Below are positions 27,721 through 37,531 of a DNA stretch of 64,000 nt, in pieces (the first letter of the stretch is position 1; the number at the start of each line of letters is the position of its first letter). The stretch comes from an uncultured Gemmatimonadota bacterium (GTDB taxonomy: Bacteria > Gemmatimonadota > CAZMKB01 > CAZNLH01). The DNA lies in assembly GCA_964573995.1 (NCBI GenBank), contig CAZNLH010000002.1, forward strand, positions 97,324 to 161,323, written 5' to 3'. The notes below the pieces were generated by a model. That model saw nothing but the letters and a program-made list of their open reading frames with translations. It was not told the DNA's origin and searched no databases. The translations under genes and the position numbers were made by a program.

Positions 27721-30050
27721 AGTATGGCGTCAATATCCGTTGCGGCTGCATTGGGAGGAACAGTGTCTTGAGAAGGGGTCAAGAGATATCCTGGGTCACT
27801 CTTCTGTTCCTATTCGCAACGCATGGCCCGGGGCTGGCTGCATCCACCTGGACGGATTTCACCAACGTCAATACGGTCAGGGCCATGGCGGTGGATCCCA
27901 AGACGGATCGTGTCCTTATGGCCACCTGGGGCGGATTTTTGATGTATGACCAGCAGACTGGTGACGTCGAGGTGCAGGGAAGGCCGGACGGGTTTTCATC
28001 TGTCGACCTGAAAGATGTGGCGGTCGATTCGAACGGCACGGCGGCACTGGCCACCGCCGACAGGGGCATGGACATCCGCTACGAAAGCGGTACCATCCGG
28101 AACTTCACGGACCTCGACGGCCTCCCATCGAACGACATGACCTTCGTCACCTGGCACGACGGGGATATCTGGGCGGGAACGACAAAGGGCGCGGTTCAAC
28201 TGGAACTCTCAGGGGGGATTCTCAAGCCTGTGAACCTCTTTTTTGCAGAACCATGGAACCTGGAGATTCGCGACATAGCCTTCAACGGCGACACGACCGC
28301 CTTCGCCACGAATGATGGACTGTGGCTGGCCGTCGGTGGAGAGAACTTCCAGCACTTCACCTCGCAGCAGGACAGTCTCCTGGACGATTCGGTCAACTGC
28401 CTCTTCTACGACTCTACAGGGGTGCTCTACATCGGGACGAACTCCGGTGTCCAGCGCCTGGAGACGGGTGGGGCCCTGGAAAAATTGTCCGGGATCCTAA
28501 CAGGGAGTTCCCTGGATGCCAATGATATCCTGAGGTGGAATGGACAACTGTGGCTGGCAACCGAAGGCGGGGTCTATTCCTACGATGAGGAGGGTGACCA
28601 GTGGATAGCGCGCGTGGATGGTCTCGCTACCTCAAGGGTACTGTCCCTCCTGGTAACTACCGAAGGTTACCTCTATGCAGGGACGTACCTCGGCGGATTC
28701 GCCCGGAGGATAGATGATGGATGGGCCGCAGTGACCTCCTCAGGCCCGTCTACCAACTTCATGACCAATGTCGCCGTGGACCCACGTGGGGCCCTCTGGG
28801 CCTCGACGTGGAAGGCGCCGAGGAGCGAAAGTGCCCTGGAGAGGTACGATGGATTGAACTGGGTCTCCTACGCTGAATCTAACAGCGGATTGGCCTACAA
28901 TTATGAGAGTGCCCTGAGCATCGCGCCGGACTCTACTGTCTGGGCAGGGTCTCCCTGGTACAACTCGGCAACCGGCCGTTCCGGGCTCAGTGTTCTTGAC
29001 GACGCGGGGACACCATCCCTGGGCGACGATCACTGGTGGCGTTTCTCCTCCGATTCGAGCGGACTATCAGGTGACGCCATCAGGACCGAAGTCGTGTTTT
29101 CGGGAAAAGATGCGGCCTGGGTCGGCTCCTGGGAGCAGTTCAGTGACTTCGGGCTGAGGGGGGGGCTGGACCTCCTTCAGGACTACAAAGGAGAGGCTCG
29201 TTTCCGTTCATTCGTAGACTACCTGCGCGACGAGGACGTCAGCGCCCTCGCCCTCGACCGTCAGGGGAACCTCTGGATAGGCTACAACGAGGCGGGAGTG
29301 GATGTATTCATACTGGAGCCGGTGAGTGGGACGGACAGCCTGATCCTCCAGGTAGATCCCGATGAACATTTTTTACTCTCTTCGGCGGTCAATGACCTCA
29401 AGGTGGGCCCGGAGAACCACCTCTGGATCGCGTCGGCCACGGGGGTGAACGAGGTCGACTTTCTCTCGAACCCGGCTGATCGGTCTTCCTATTCATGGAG
29501 ATCATTCACACGCGAAAACACTGGAGGTGGAATCCCCGACCTGTTGGTCAGGGATATCGAGTTCCAGGGGGGTCAATACGTGTGGCTCGCCACACCGTCT
29601 GGCGTTAGCCGGTACGATCGGATCAATGACCGGTGGACGGTCTTCAATGAAGGGAACAGTGGACTGATAGACAACAGGGTCTGGGATATCTCCGTCGACG
29701 AGGTACGAAACGTGGTCTGGTTTGCTACCGAGAAGGGGATCAGCAGGTACAGCCCGCTGGCGGACCAGCCCCCCGTCGAGTCGTCACGGAAGATCATCGT
29801 CTTCCCGAACCCGTTTACCCCCTCTTTGGGCCATACCCGTGTATCGATGGGTCCCTTTTCCTCTCAGGCATCCATAACCGTCTACAGCCTCGGTGGCAGG
29901 GAGGTCATGAAAATCAAGGGGGACTCCGAATGGATCGAGTGGGACACGCGTGATTCAACGGGGAAATTGCTTCCAAGCGGCGTCTATCTCCTCGTATCGA
30001 GCACGGGCGGGGGAGGCGCGGCCGTGGGGAAGTTGGCCATTGTCCGTTAG
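27717..30050 (+). CDS. PorZ-like two-component-regulator propeller protein with T9SS-like CTD
   Basis: Repeats such as DGLPSND, W.GT..G, NSGLIDNRVWDI, VWFATEKGISRY; CTD IIVFPNPFTP..ITVYSLGGREV..WDTRDSTGKLLPSGVYL. Confidence 0.75.
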   Translation: MKYGVNIRCGCIGRNSVLRRGQEISWVTLLFLFATHGPGLAASTWTDFTNVNTVRAMAVDPKTDRVLMATWGGFLMYDQQTGDVEVQGRPDGFSSVDLKDVAVDSNGTAALATADRGMDIRYESGTIRNFTDLDGLPSNDMTFVTWHDGDIWAGTTKGAVQLELSGGILKPVNLFFAEPWNLEIRDIAFNGDTTAFATNDGLWLAVGGENFQHFTSQQDSLLDDSVNCLFYDSTGVLYIGTNSGVQRLETGGALEKLSGILTGSSLDANDILRWNGQLWLATEGGVYSYDEEGDQWIARVDGLATSRVLSLLVTTEGYLYAGTYLGGFARRIDDGWAAVTSSGPSTNFMTNVAVDPRGALWASTWKAPRSESALERYDGLNWVSYAESNSGLAYNYESALSIAPDSTVWAGSPWYNSATGRSGLSVLDDAGTPSLGDDHWWRFSSDSSGLSGDAIRTEVVFSGKDAAWVGSWEQFSDFGLRGGLDLLQDYKGEARFRSFVDYLRDEDVSALALDRQGNLWIGYNEAGVDVFILEPVSGTDSLILQVDPDEHFLLSSAVNDLKVGPENHLWIASATGVNEVDFLSNPADRSSYSWRSFTRENTGGGIPDLLVRDIEFQGGQYVWLATPSGVSRYDRINDRWTVFNEGNSGLIDNRVWDISVDEVRNVVWFATEKGISRYSPLADQPPVESSRKIIVFPNPFTPSLGHTRVSMGPFSSQASITVYSLGGREVMKIKGDSEWIEWDTRDSTGKLLPSGVYLLVSSTGGGGAAVGKLAIVR

Positions 30051-30101
30051 TGATCCCATCGCGTCCATCGTACGTCTCCAACGGTTGAACAATGGAATGA
30101 G

Positions 30102-31106
30102 ATGAAGGCGTCGGTTGTCATCCCCGCACACAATAATCCCGGAGCGGTTAATAGGGCGATAAGGAGCCTCGAGGTGCAGGTGTCTGCACTCGGGTGTGTC
30201 GAGATATTAGTCGTGGACGACGGGTCCGATCCCCCACTCGTGGAGGGACTGGAGGTGGGTCTTGATGGAGGCTGCCTCGAGGTAATCAGGAACGATCGAG
30301 TGATGGGGAGGGCGGCGGCGAGGAACGCGGGCGTCAGGCGGGCACGGGGAGATGTCATCATATTCATGGACAGCGACATGAGCGCGCACCCAGATTTCAT
30401 TGCACGACACCTGGAGGTCCATCGGGCCCGGAAGGGGGTAGCGGTGGTAGGCCATGTGGACTGGACCGGCACTTCGACCCTGGATAGGTACCTCGAATCC
30501 CGGGGCGTAAAGAAGGTCCGTGAGGGCGATGAAATCCCGTGGAGGTACTTTGCCTCCGGTAACGCCTCGATATTGAGGTCCGACTTCGAGAAGGCCGGCC
30601 CCTTTTACGAGGGCTTGAAGGCATGGGGGGGTGAAGACACCCTCTTGGGCTACGATCTCGAGGTTCACGGGATCTCGCTTGTCTACCTGAAAGAGGCGGT
30701 GACATATCATCACGGTAGGATACGATTGGACGACCTGTGCGAGAGGAATTATGCCTTCGGGAGATGTTCTCTTCCCTTGATGGTCTCGAAGAGGCCCGGT
30801 ATCTCGAGGGAAATGAGGGTCCATTACCTCTCGCGCCCCGGGGATGGTGAGGCGGGTGTGGTGGAGCGCTGGGTCAAACGCCTCTTTGTGCGCGGGTTGC
30901 TGAGGTTCCCGGGGCATCTCGCGGTGAAGGCCGTCCTACCTCTGACATGGAAGTGGCTATCGTACTATTGTTACGACTATCTGGTATATTCGAGTATCCT
31001 TCGCGGCTACCGGGATTTTCTACGAGATGAAGTGGAGGCAAGTGTGGATGGGAAAGAACTCGGCATTGAACGGACTGCCGCGAGACATGGCGGGGAGGGA
31101 CGATGA
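30102..31106 (+). CDS. GT2 family glycosyltransferase
   Basis: SVVIPAHN, VVDDGS, RAAARNAG, IFMDSD, FEKAGPF, WGGEDTLLGY. Confidence 0.9.
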   Translation: MKASVVIPAHNNPGAVNRAIRSLEVQVSALGCVEILVVDDGSDPPLVEGLEVGLDGGCLEVIRNDRVMGRAAARNAGVRRARGDVIIFMDSDMSAHPDFIARHLEVHRARKGVAVVGHVDWTGTSTLDRYLESRGVKKVREGDEIPWRYFASGNASILRSDFEKAGPFYEGLKAWGGEDTLLGYDLEVHGISLVYLKEAVTYHHGRIRLDDLCERNYAFGRCSLPLMVSKRPGISREMRVHYLSRPGDGEAGVVERWVKRLFVRGLLRFPGHLAVKAVLPLTWKWLSYYCYDYLVYSSILRGYRDFLRDEVEASVDGKELGIERTAARHGGEGR

Positions 31107-32488
31107 GCCGGGAGGCCTTGAGGCATATCCCCTCGATGGACGTTCTGCTGAACGACTCAAGGTTGCAGGATTTGGTGGGGCGGTTTTCAAGGGAAGAGAT
31201 AAAGATGGAACTTGAATTGGTCATTGATGAGTTCAGGAGTGACATCCTGGCCGGGCGGACCACCGAATACTCGGGACTCGGAGAGGGGATTATCGAGAGA
31301 CTGCTGAGGCGGATCGACAGAGGGGGTTTCTCGTCCCTTAGGTCTGTAATAAACGGGACAGGTGTGATACTTCATACCAACCTCGGGCGTTCCCTGCTTG
31401 CCGATCAGGCGATCAAGGCCATCGAGGAGGTGTCAAGGGGCTATTGTTCGCTTGAATATGACATCGAACAGGGAAAGAGGGGCTCTCGGTACGTTCACTG
31501 TGAGGGGCTTCTGAAGAGACTTACAGGAGCGGAGGCCGCCCTCGTGGTAAACAACAATGCGGCGGCCGTGACGCTCGTCCTTAATACCTTCTCAGAAGGC
31601 AGAGAGGCGATCGTCTCCAGGGGAGAGTTGGTGGAGATAGGCGGTTCGTTCAGGATGCCGGATATAATGGCGAAGAGCGGCGCTACCATGGTGGAGGTTG
31701 GAACGACCAACAAGACTCGGATATCAGATTATCGGCATGCGTCATCTGAAAGGACGGGCGTTGTATTAAAGGTTCATCGAAGCAATTTCAGCATGGCTGG
31801 TTTCGTGGACGAGGCCACTATTCGGGAACTGGCGGAATTCAGCCGGGAGATCTCCGTTCCATTCCTGTATGATCAGGGGAGCGGGGTCCTCATGGGACTC
31901 GATTCATTCGGGATCATGGGAGAGCATACCGTTAGGGAATGCCTGCAAATGGGTGCGTCGGCCGTCTGCTTCAGCGGGGACAAACTGCTGGGAGGACCGC
32001 AGGCCGGGATCATTGTAGGTGCCAAGGAGGTCGTAGAGCGGACCAGGGCCAATCCATTGACTCGGACATACCGGGTGGACAAATTTACCCTTGCCGCCCT
32101 TGGGGCCACACTCAGGCTGTATCTCGATCCGGATAGGGCCCTCAGGGATATCCCCGTACTTCGCATGTTGACATCGCCTTGCGGTGAACTGGAAGTACGC
32201 GGTCGATCGATAATTCGATCTCTCGGTAAGGGTAGTTCGGTGGGTGTATCCATTGAAGAGGTCTCCTCCGAAGTCGGGGGAGGTACCCTGCCGTCACTTT
32301 CCATCCCTTCTCTCGCCCTTTCCATCGAAATGCGTGGAGGAGATGTAAATCGGCTGGAGAGGTCGGCCAGGGGATGGAACCCTCCCATAATAGGCAGAAT
32401 TTCCAGGGGCAGGTTCCTCTTGGATCTCCGGACCATCCAACCTTCCGATGATCCGGCGGTCATCTCCTGCCTCAAGGCGTGCCTTTAA
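31103..32488 (+). CDS. selA: L-seryl-tRNA(Sec) selenium transferase
   Basis: VINGTGVILHTNLGRS, VVNNNAAAV, ELVEIGGSFRMPDIM, EVGTTNKT, VHRSNF, FSGDKLLGGPQAGII (PLP lysine), LDLRTI. Confidence 0.96.
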   Translation: MSREALRHIPSMDVLLNDSRLQDLVGRFSREEIKMELELVIDEFRSDILAGRTTEYSGLGEGIIERLLRRIDRGGFSSLRSVINGTGVILHTNLGRSLLADQAIKAIEEVSRGYCSLEYDIEQGKRGSRYVHCEGLLKRLTGAEAALVVNNNAAAVTLVLNTFSEGREAIVSRGELVEIGGSFRMPDIMAKSGATMVEVGTTNKTRISDYRHASSERTGVVLKVHRSNFSMAGFVDEATIRELAEFSREISVPFLYDQGSGVLMGLDSFGIMGEHTVRECLQMGASAVCFSGDKLLGGPQAGIIVGAKEVVERTRANPLTRTYRVDKFTLAALGATLRLYLDPDRALRDIPVLRMLTSPCGELEVRGRSIIRSLGKGSSVGVSIEEVSSEVGGGTLPSLSIPSLALSIEMRGGDVNRLERSARGWNPPIIGRISRGRFLLDLRTIQPSDDPAVISCLKACL

Positions 32489-32499
32489 GGGATGGGGTG

Positions 32500-33078
32500 A
32501 TGGAAGATATTGCCGCTTTTCTGGATCGGGACGGAACGATTATAGAGGACATACCATACCTATCAAACCCCGATGAGGTCTCCCTCCTGCCCGGTGCAGG
32601 ATCAGCCATAGCACGTCTGAACCGGAGCGGCATAAAGACCATCATGATAACCAACCAGTCCGGGATAGCCAGGGGCTATTACACCACCGAGATCGTTGAG
32701 GCGATACACGAACGTCTGCGCGGGCTCCTTGCGATGGAGGGGGCGTTTCTCGACGCAATCTATTACTGTCCCCACCTGCCCCCCGAAATGATAGGGGAGG
32801 AGGAGGACCCCTGTGACTGTCGTAAGCCGGAGTTGGGGCTCGTCTATCAGGCACAGCGAGACCACAAGATCAACCTCGACGGATCGTTCTTCTTGGGGGA
32901 CCGGTTGACCGATATGGAACTCGCCCGGCGAATCGGGGGTGTGGGAATCCTGGTAGAGACCGGCTATGGACCGACCGCCCTCGAGGAGTACGGGACGGCG
33001 ATACGTGATTTCCACATCTGCAAGGCCCTCCCCGAGGCGGTTACCCTGTTGCTCTCCCTTCGTTCTGCCTCCAGGTGA
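32500..33078 (+). CDS. gmhB: D-glycero-D-manno-heptose 1,7-bisphosphate phosphatase (HAD IIIA)
   Basis: FLDRDGTI, TNQSGIARG, YYCPH..CDCRKP, GDRLTD. Confidence 0.9.
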   Translation: MEDIAAFLDRDGTIIEDIPYLSNPDEVSLLPGAGSAIARLNRSGIKTIMITNQSGIARGYYTTEIVEAIHERLRGLLAMEGAFLDAIYYCPHLPPEMIGEEEDPCDCRKPELGLVYQAQRDHKINLDGSFFLGDRLTDMELARRIGGVGILVETGYGPTALEEYGTAIRDFHICKALPEAVTLLLSLRSASR

Positions 33079-33284
33079 CATCCACCTCCCTTATCGTCGA
33101 AGATAATGCCCCGATTACGGTGGAGATCGTCCCTGGCGACGAATTTCTATTACCCATCCAACCGGACAAGAAGCCGCGACTCCAGGCCTTGCTTGCACCT
33201 GAATCGTGCGATCCCTATCCATGCTGGTATGATGTTTGCTGCATTGGTTGGGTGGAGGTAAGTCGGAACCATGACAGGCAATAG
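33075..33284 (+). CDS. Small hypothetical protein with Cys/aromatic-rich C-terminus
   Basis: GTGA start/stop overlap with gmhB suggests translational coupling; 69 aa with CDPYPCWYDVCCIGW. Confidence 0.4.
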   Translation: MTSTSLIVEDNAPITVEIVPGDEFLLPIQPDKKPRLQALLAPESCDPYPCWYDVCCIGWVEVSRNHDRQ

Positions 33285-33651
33285 GAGATTCTTGATACTT
33301 CAAGACAATCTCGCCCGCGCCGAGCGGTCCGGAGATCTCTTTTCCATGGCGAAGGGATATATCATCCTTGCGGAGAAATTGATCAGGGCAGGCGATCGTC
33401 GGCTCGCGAGCCTCTTCTTAAGACGGGCCGGTGAGTGCCTCGATGGGACCGGGGTCCCTTCGGCATGCTGTTACTGGGCACCCGTGAAAGGGGGACGCTT
33501 GTGCAGCGCCAAGGACCTGGTGGAGAGGTGGGTAGCGAGTCGATACATGGGTGACCATGGGGCAGGACACAAGGAGCCGCTTTCTTATGCGACCTCCGCT
33601 GGAGAGATGGCCCCCCCTACCGAACAGAGCCAAGGGCACGGTCGAGGTTGA
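33271..33651 (+). CDS. Hypothetical helical protein
   Basis: GGAGGT RBS upstream of the ATG; amphipathic helices ([23 protein letters not shown]); overlaps the end of the GH15 gene convergently. Confidence 0.45.
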   Translation: MTGNRRFLILQDNLARAERSGDLFSMAKGYIILAEKLIRAGDRRLASLFLRRAGECLDGTGVPSACCYWAPVKGGRLCSAKDLVERWVASRYMGDHGAGHKEPLSYATSAGEMAPPTEQSQGHGRG

Positions 33652-35455
33652 ACGCCGCACTAATCAGGGCGAGGTGGGTGAAGCCCTGAGGAAAGTTTCC
33701 CAGGGCCTCGCCGCTCAGCCCTATTTCTTCAGCATATAGGCCGAGGTGATTGGCGTGCCCGAGCATCTGTTCAAAGATCAGCCGGGCATCTTCGAGTCGT
33801 TTTCTGTCTTTACGGCCGGCCCGGGTCATCGCCTCGACCAGCCAGAAGGTGCATATGTTGAATGTCCCCTCTGTTCCGGGAAGCCCATCGGATGATTCTT
33901 CCACGTTATATCGGTATACCAGGCTGTTGGAAACGAGACCTCCGGCATTGGGTGGGCGGCTTATGGCGTCGAGTGTCTTGAGCATCCTGGGATCAGTTGG
34001 AGACAGGAAAAAGATAAGGGGCATTATGAGGCTGGATGCATCCAGGACATCGCTTCCGAAGGACTGTACGAACGCCTCCACGTCCGGATTCCATCCCTTC
34101 TCCTGGATTGCCGTGTAGATCTGATCCCTCACATCGCGCCACCTGGCGTGGTCCGACGGGAAGGATCGCTTGTCCGCAAGGCGCATACCCCGGTCCAGCG
34201 CCACCCAGCACATCAGTTTGGAGAAGATGAAGTGATCCCTCCCTCCCCTTACCTCCCAGATACCCTCATCCTTCTCCCGCCAGTTGTCACAGACCCAGTT
34301 GAGTAATCTCCTGAGGTGACTCCAGAGTTCATACGAGATAGGATGGCTGTACTTGTTGGAGAGGTAGACTGAGTCCATCAGTTCCCCGTAGATATCGAGC
34401 TGTAACTGGCGGTATGCCCCGTTCCCTATTCGGACCGGGCGTGATCCCCGGTAGCCGTCGAGGTGATCCAGGGTCTCTTCGTTCAAAGTGTGGCGCCCAT
34501 CGATACCGTACATGATCTGTAGGGAATTATCGGGGTTGAGTTCGTGGCAACGTCTATCGAGCCAGTTCATGAAATTCGCTGCCTCTTCGGTGAATCCGAT
34601 GCGGAGGAGCGCATATATGGTAAAGGCGGAGTCGCGAATCCAGGTGTACCTGTAATCCCAATTCCTGGCGCCACCTATTCTCTCGGGCAGGCTGCACGTG
34701 GGGGCCGCTACGATGGCGCCGGTTGGTTCGTACGAGAGGAGTTTCAAGACCAGCGCCGAACGCTGGACGATCTCCCGCCACCTTCCGGTATACGTGCAAC
34801 TTGAGAGCCACCTGCGCCAGAAGTCGACGGTACGTGAGAACAGTTCCTCTTCTTCCGGCCAACTCAGCGACCTTGGATTGTCCCGCTCTTTGCGGAGTTC
34901 TTCCAGGCAAAATACAGTCGTTTGTCCCTCCGACAGCGTGAATTCCGCGACAGCGGCGCTGTCTTCACGTTCGAGCGGCACTTCAGCGGCAAGCCCGAGG
35001 TGAAGCCCGGCGGAGTGAAATCTGGCACTGGTGCCGTCGATTGCAACGTCGTGCTGATCGCGTGCATAGTTGAACGCGGGACGGCACTCCATCCGGTAGC
35101 ACAGGGCTCCCCTGATCACGTGTACTCTTCTGATGAGCGTTGGAGGATTGCTGTTGTGACAGAGTCCATTATGTATCGGCATGTAGTCTATGATTTCAGC
35201 CACTCCGTCGGGTGAGAGGAAACGGGTCACGAGGATATTGGTCTCGGGCCAGTAAAACTGTTTTGTCTTGAACCGGGCGCTCGTTGGTGCGATCTTGAAC
35301 CGGCCGCCGATGCCGTCGTCCAAGATGGCCCCGAATACGCTCGGAGAGTCGAATATGGGGAAGCAGAACCAGTCGATGGACCCATCGAGCCCCACGAGTG
35401 CAACTGTGCGCATGTTCCCTATTATACCGTAGTTTTCAATCGGTTGATACGCCAA
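33617..35455 (-). CDS. GH15 glycoside hydrolase (glucoamylase/trehalase-like)
   Basis: [75 protein letters not shown]. Confidence 0.93.
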   Translation of the reverse strand: MAYQPIENYGIIGNMRTVALVGLDGSIDWFCFPIFDSPSVFGAILDDGIGGRFKIAPTSARFKTKQFYWPETNILVTRFLSPDGVAEIIDYMPIHNGLCHNSNPPTLIRRVHVIRGALCYRMECRPAFNYARDQHDVAIDGTSARFHSAGLHLGLAAEVPLEREDSAAVAEFTLSEGQTTVFCLEELRKERDNPRSLSWPEEEELFSRTVDFWRRWLSSCTYTGRWREIVQRSALVLKLLSYEPTGAIVAAPTCSLPERIGGARNWDYRYTWIRDSAFTIYALLRIGFTEEAANFMNWLDRRCHELNPDNSLQIMYGIDGRHTLNEETLDHLDGYRGSRPVRIGNGAYRQLQLDIYGELMDSVYLSNKYSHPISYELWSHLRRLLNWVCDNWREKDEGIWEVRGGRDHFIFSKLMCWVALDRGMRLADKRSFPSDHARWRDVRDQIYTAIQEKGWNPDVEAFVQSFGSDVLDASSLIMPLIFFLSPTDPRMLKTLDAISRPPNAGGLVSNSLVYRYNVEESSDGLPGTEGTFNICTFWLVEAMTRAGRKDRKRLEDARLIFEQMLGHANHLGLYAEEIGLSGEALGNFPQGFTHLALISAAFNLDRALGSVR

Positions 35456-35687
35456 CCTGAAACTCCTTGTCGGTGGATGTCAATTCCTTGCCGCCGCGAC
35501 GGCCTTTCCAGGATTAATCCTTCCTCTTACGAATGACTTGTAAGCATGATTATAATGAGAGAGTGGAAGAAGTCAATGGAACCGTGGTAACTGCGGAAAT
35601 GAATGCCTTTCTTGCTTCTGAAGGGTCCTTTGCTTAGATTTCACAACTTGGACTTAGCGCAACGATGGAACTCATGAGGAGGCTATC

Positions 35688-36128
35688 ATGACGAATACGA
35701 TACAGGTGGGTTGGGAAGAGGTCGAGGGGTATTGCAGGCAACTGGCCAAGCAGATCCAGGGAGATATTCGCGGCAAGCCCAATACCCTTGTAGCAGTCAG
35801 CCGGGGGGGAATTGTTCCGGCGACATTGATGAGTTATGAACTCGGGATGTCGGATATCGAGGTGATCCATCCGATGCTATCACAGGACCGGCTGGAGAGC
35901 GATGTAAAATTCTTGCAGGGGCTTTATACCGATTTTTTCAACGTTCTCATCGTGGATGATATCCTCAAGACCGGCATTACCATCGAGGCCGTGATGAAGT
36001 TTCCCCACTTCAATGGGGTTCGCGTCGCCTGCTTTCACGTCATGAAGGGCCTGAGGGCGGACTTGAGGCCCGATTATTTCATCGACGAAGTGGATCAGGA
36101 AGTCATCTATCCATGGCGAAAGCCGTGA
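35688..36128 (+). CDS. Type I phosphoribosyltransferase (xanthine/guanine PRT-like)
   Basis: VAVSRGGIVPA, PRPP loop VLIVDDILKTGIT, VIYPW. Confidence 0.85.
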   Translation: MTNTIQVGWEEVEGYCRQLAKQIQGDIRGKPNTLVAVSRGGIVPATLMSYELGMSDIEVIHPMLSQDRLESDVKFLQGLYTDFFNVLIVDDILKTGITIEAVMKFPHFNGVRVACFHVMKGLRADLRPDYFIDEVDQEVIYPWRKP

Positions 36129-36189
36129 TAAGTTCAGGTCCGATGGGACGTGTCAATTCTGCGATGAAGAAGCGGGGGAGACAGTCTAA

Positions 36190-36219
36190 AGAGCCGCTGC
36201 ACCGGGGTGTGGTGGCTCT
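36190..36219. other. 13-bp hairpin after the PRTase (possible terminator or stability element)
   Basis: AGAGCCGCTGCAC-CGGG-GTGTGGTGGCTCT (with G-U pairs); no immediate U tract. Confidence 0.4.
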
Positions 36220-36361
36220 ATGATTCAGCGATTCACCCTTCTTTTTCTACCCTATCCACAAGTGTCTCCTCCGGACCGGTAACGGCTCAATCATACCGCA
36301 TCGTTCATTCCACAGTGGTGGATACAGTGATCGGTAATATTCCGGGAGACATCAATAACAA

Positions 36362-37531
36362 ATGCATCTCCTTCCGTCGAAATCGCTTGTGATGGGCCGC
36401 CTGTCGGTCCTGGCGATTTGTCCTTTTTACCTCGTTGTTTTGATTGCCTCATCGCCTTCCGTCGCGGTCTCCAAGGCCTTGGAAGTTTCAATGGGCGGGC
36501 TCAAGGGGCTCACATTGGACAACTACAATAGAGTCGACGGCTTGCCGATCTCATACGGTCTTCATGGTCGAAGCACCCGGTTCGATTTTGCACTCAGGGC
36601 GATCTATAGAATAGCAAGCGAACGGGTCGGCTGGAGGGGTGAATTGACCGCACGTATTATGCAAGACGGGGACCTGCGCCTGGGTGTTGAAACCCACTCG
36701 TTCTCCGACACGAATGACAGGTGGAGGGTCGGTGACTTCGAAAATTCCCTCTCTTCCATCCTCTTCAAGGAGGACTTCCGCAATTACTTCCAGCGCCAGG
36801 GTGTCTCCTTCTTTCTAAGTGGGAGGTTGGAACCGGTCTTAAGGGGAGGCATGGAGTACAGGTACGATCGGTACTCTTCTCTATCCACCGTGGCTGATTT
36901 CAGCCTATTCGGGTGGGGCAAGACGTTCCGGCCCAATCCGGAGGTCAGTGAGGGGTGGATGGGGTCCGTCCGGTTCAATATGGAACTCGATTCGAGGAAT
37001 GCCCGGGAGAACCCCACGACAGGCTGGTACCAATCACTCTCCTATGAGATCTCCGATCCAGCCTTGGGAGGAGACTTCGGGTTTCAGTATGCCGACATTA
37101 CCGTTTACCGTTTCAACAGGATCGCCCCGGGCGGGAACCTGGACATGAAATTTCGTGCCGCTCTCGGATCGGGCGGCGCGCCCCCGCAACGGGGGATCCA
37201 CATCTACGGGGTTGGTGGACTGAGGGGCTACCCGGACGATTTCACGCCCCATCGAAGCGCCTTTGTTGCCGGAATAGAGGCGAGATTCACCCTTGCGGGG
37301 CGTTTTAGGCACGTGCCACTATATCGCGACCGGGTCAAGGTACTCATCTTTGCCGACGCGGGCAAAGTACAGGACTCTGGATCCGGGCAGGATACCGGGC
37401 TTAAAGGCGACATCGGTCTCGGCATCGAGGGCTCAGGCCTGCTCTCGTACAGCGGCCTTTTCCTTGCACGGGGGCTGAATGGAGAAAATGCCTCCACGCG
37501 ACTGATATTCCGGGTAAGGAGGGAGTTTTAA
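36362..37531 (+). CDS. Omp85/BamA-TamA-type beta-barrel without evident POTRA domains
   Basis: YNRVDG N-terminus; LDSRNARENPTTGWY, GGVGGLRGY-like loop (GVGGLRGY), IFADAG, terminal strand IFRVRREF. Confidence 0.65.
   Translation: MHLLPSKSLVMGRLSVLAICPFYLVVLIASSPSVAVSKALEVSMGGLKGLTLDNYNRVDGLPISYGLHGRSTRFDFALRAIYRIASERVGWRGELTARIMQDGDLRLGVETHSFSDTNDRWRVGDFENSLSSILFKEDFRNYFQRQGVSFFLSGRLEPVLRGGMEYRYDRYSSLSTVADFSLFGWGKTFRPNPEVSEGWMGSVRFNMELDSRNARENPTTGWYQSLSYEISDPALGGDFGFQYADITVYRFNRIAPGGNLDMKFRAALGSGGAPPQRGIHIYGVGGLRGYPDDFTPHRSAFVAGIEARFTLAGRFRHVPLYRDRVKVLIFADAGKVQDSGSGQDTGLKGDIGLGIEGSGLLSYSGLFLARGLNGENASTRLIFRVRREF

Noticed and set aside
36252-36325. Three DnaA-box-like 9-mers (CTATCCACA, CATTCCACA, reverse GTATCCACC)
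   Set aside because: Only 7-8/9 matches, with no AT-rich unwinding element and no dnaA/dnaN/gidA context, so not an origin.
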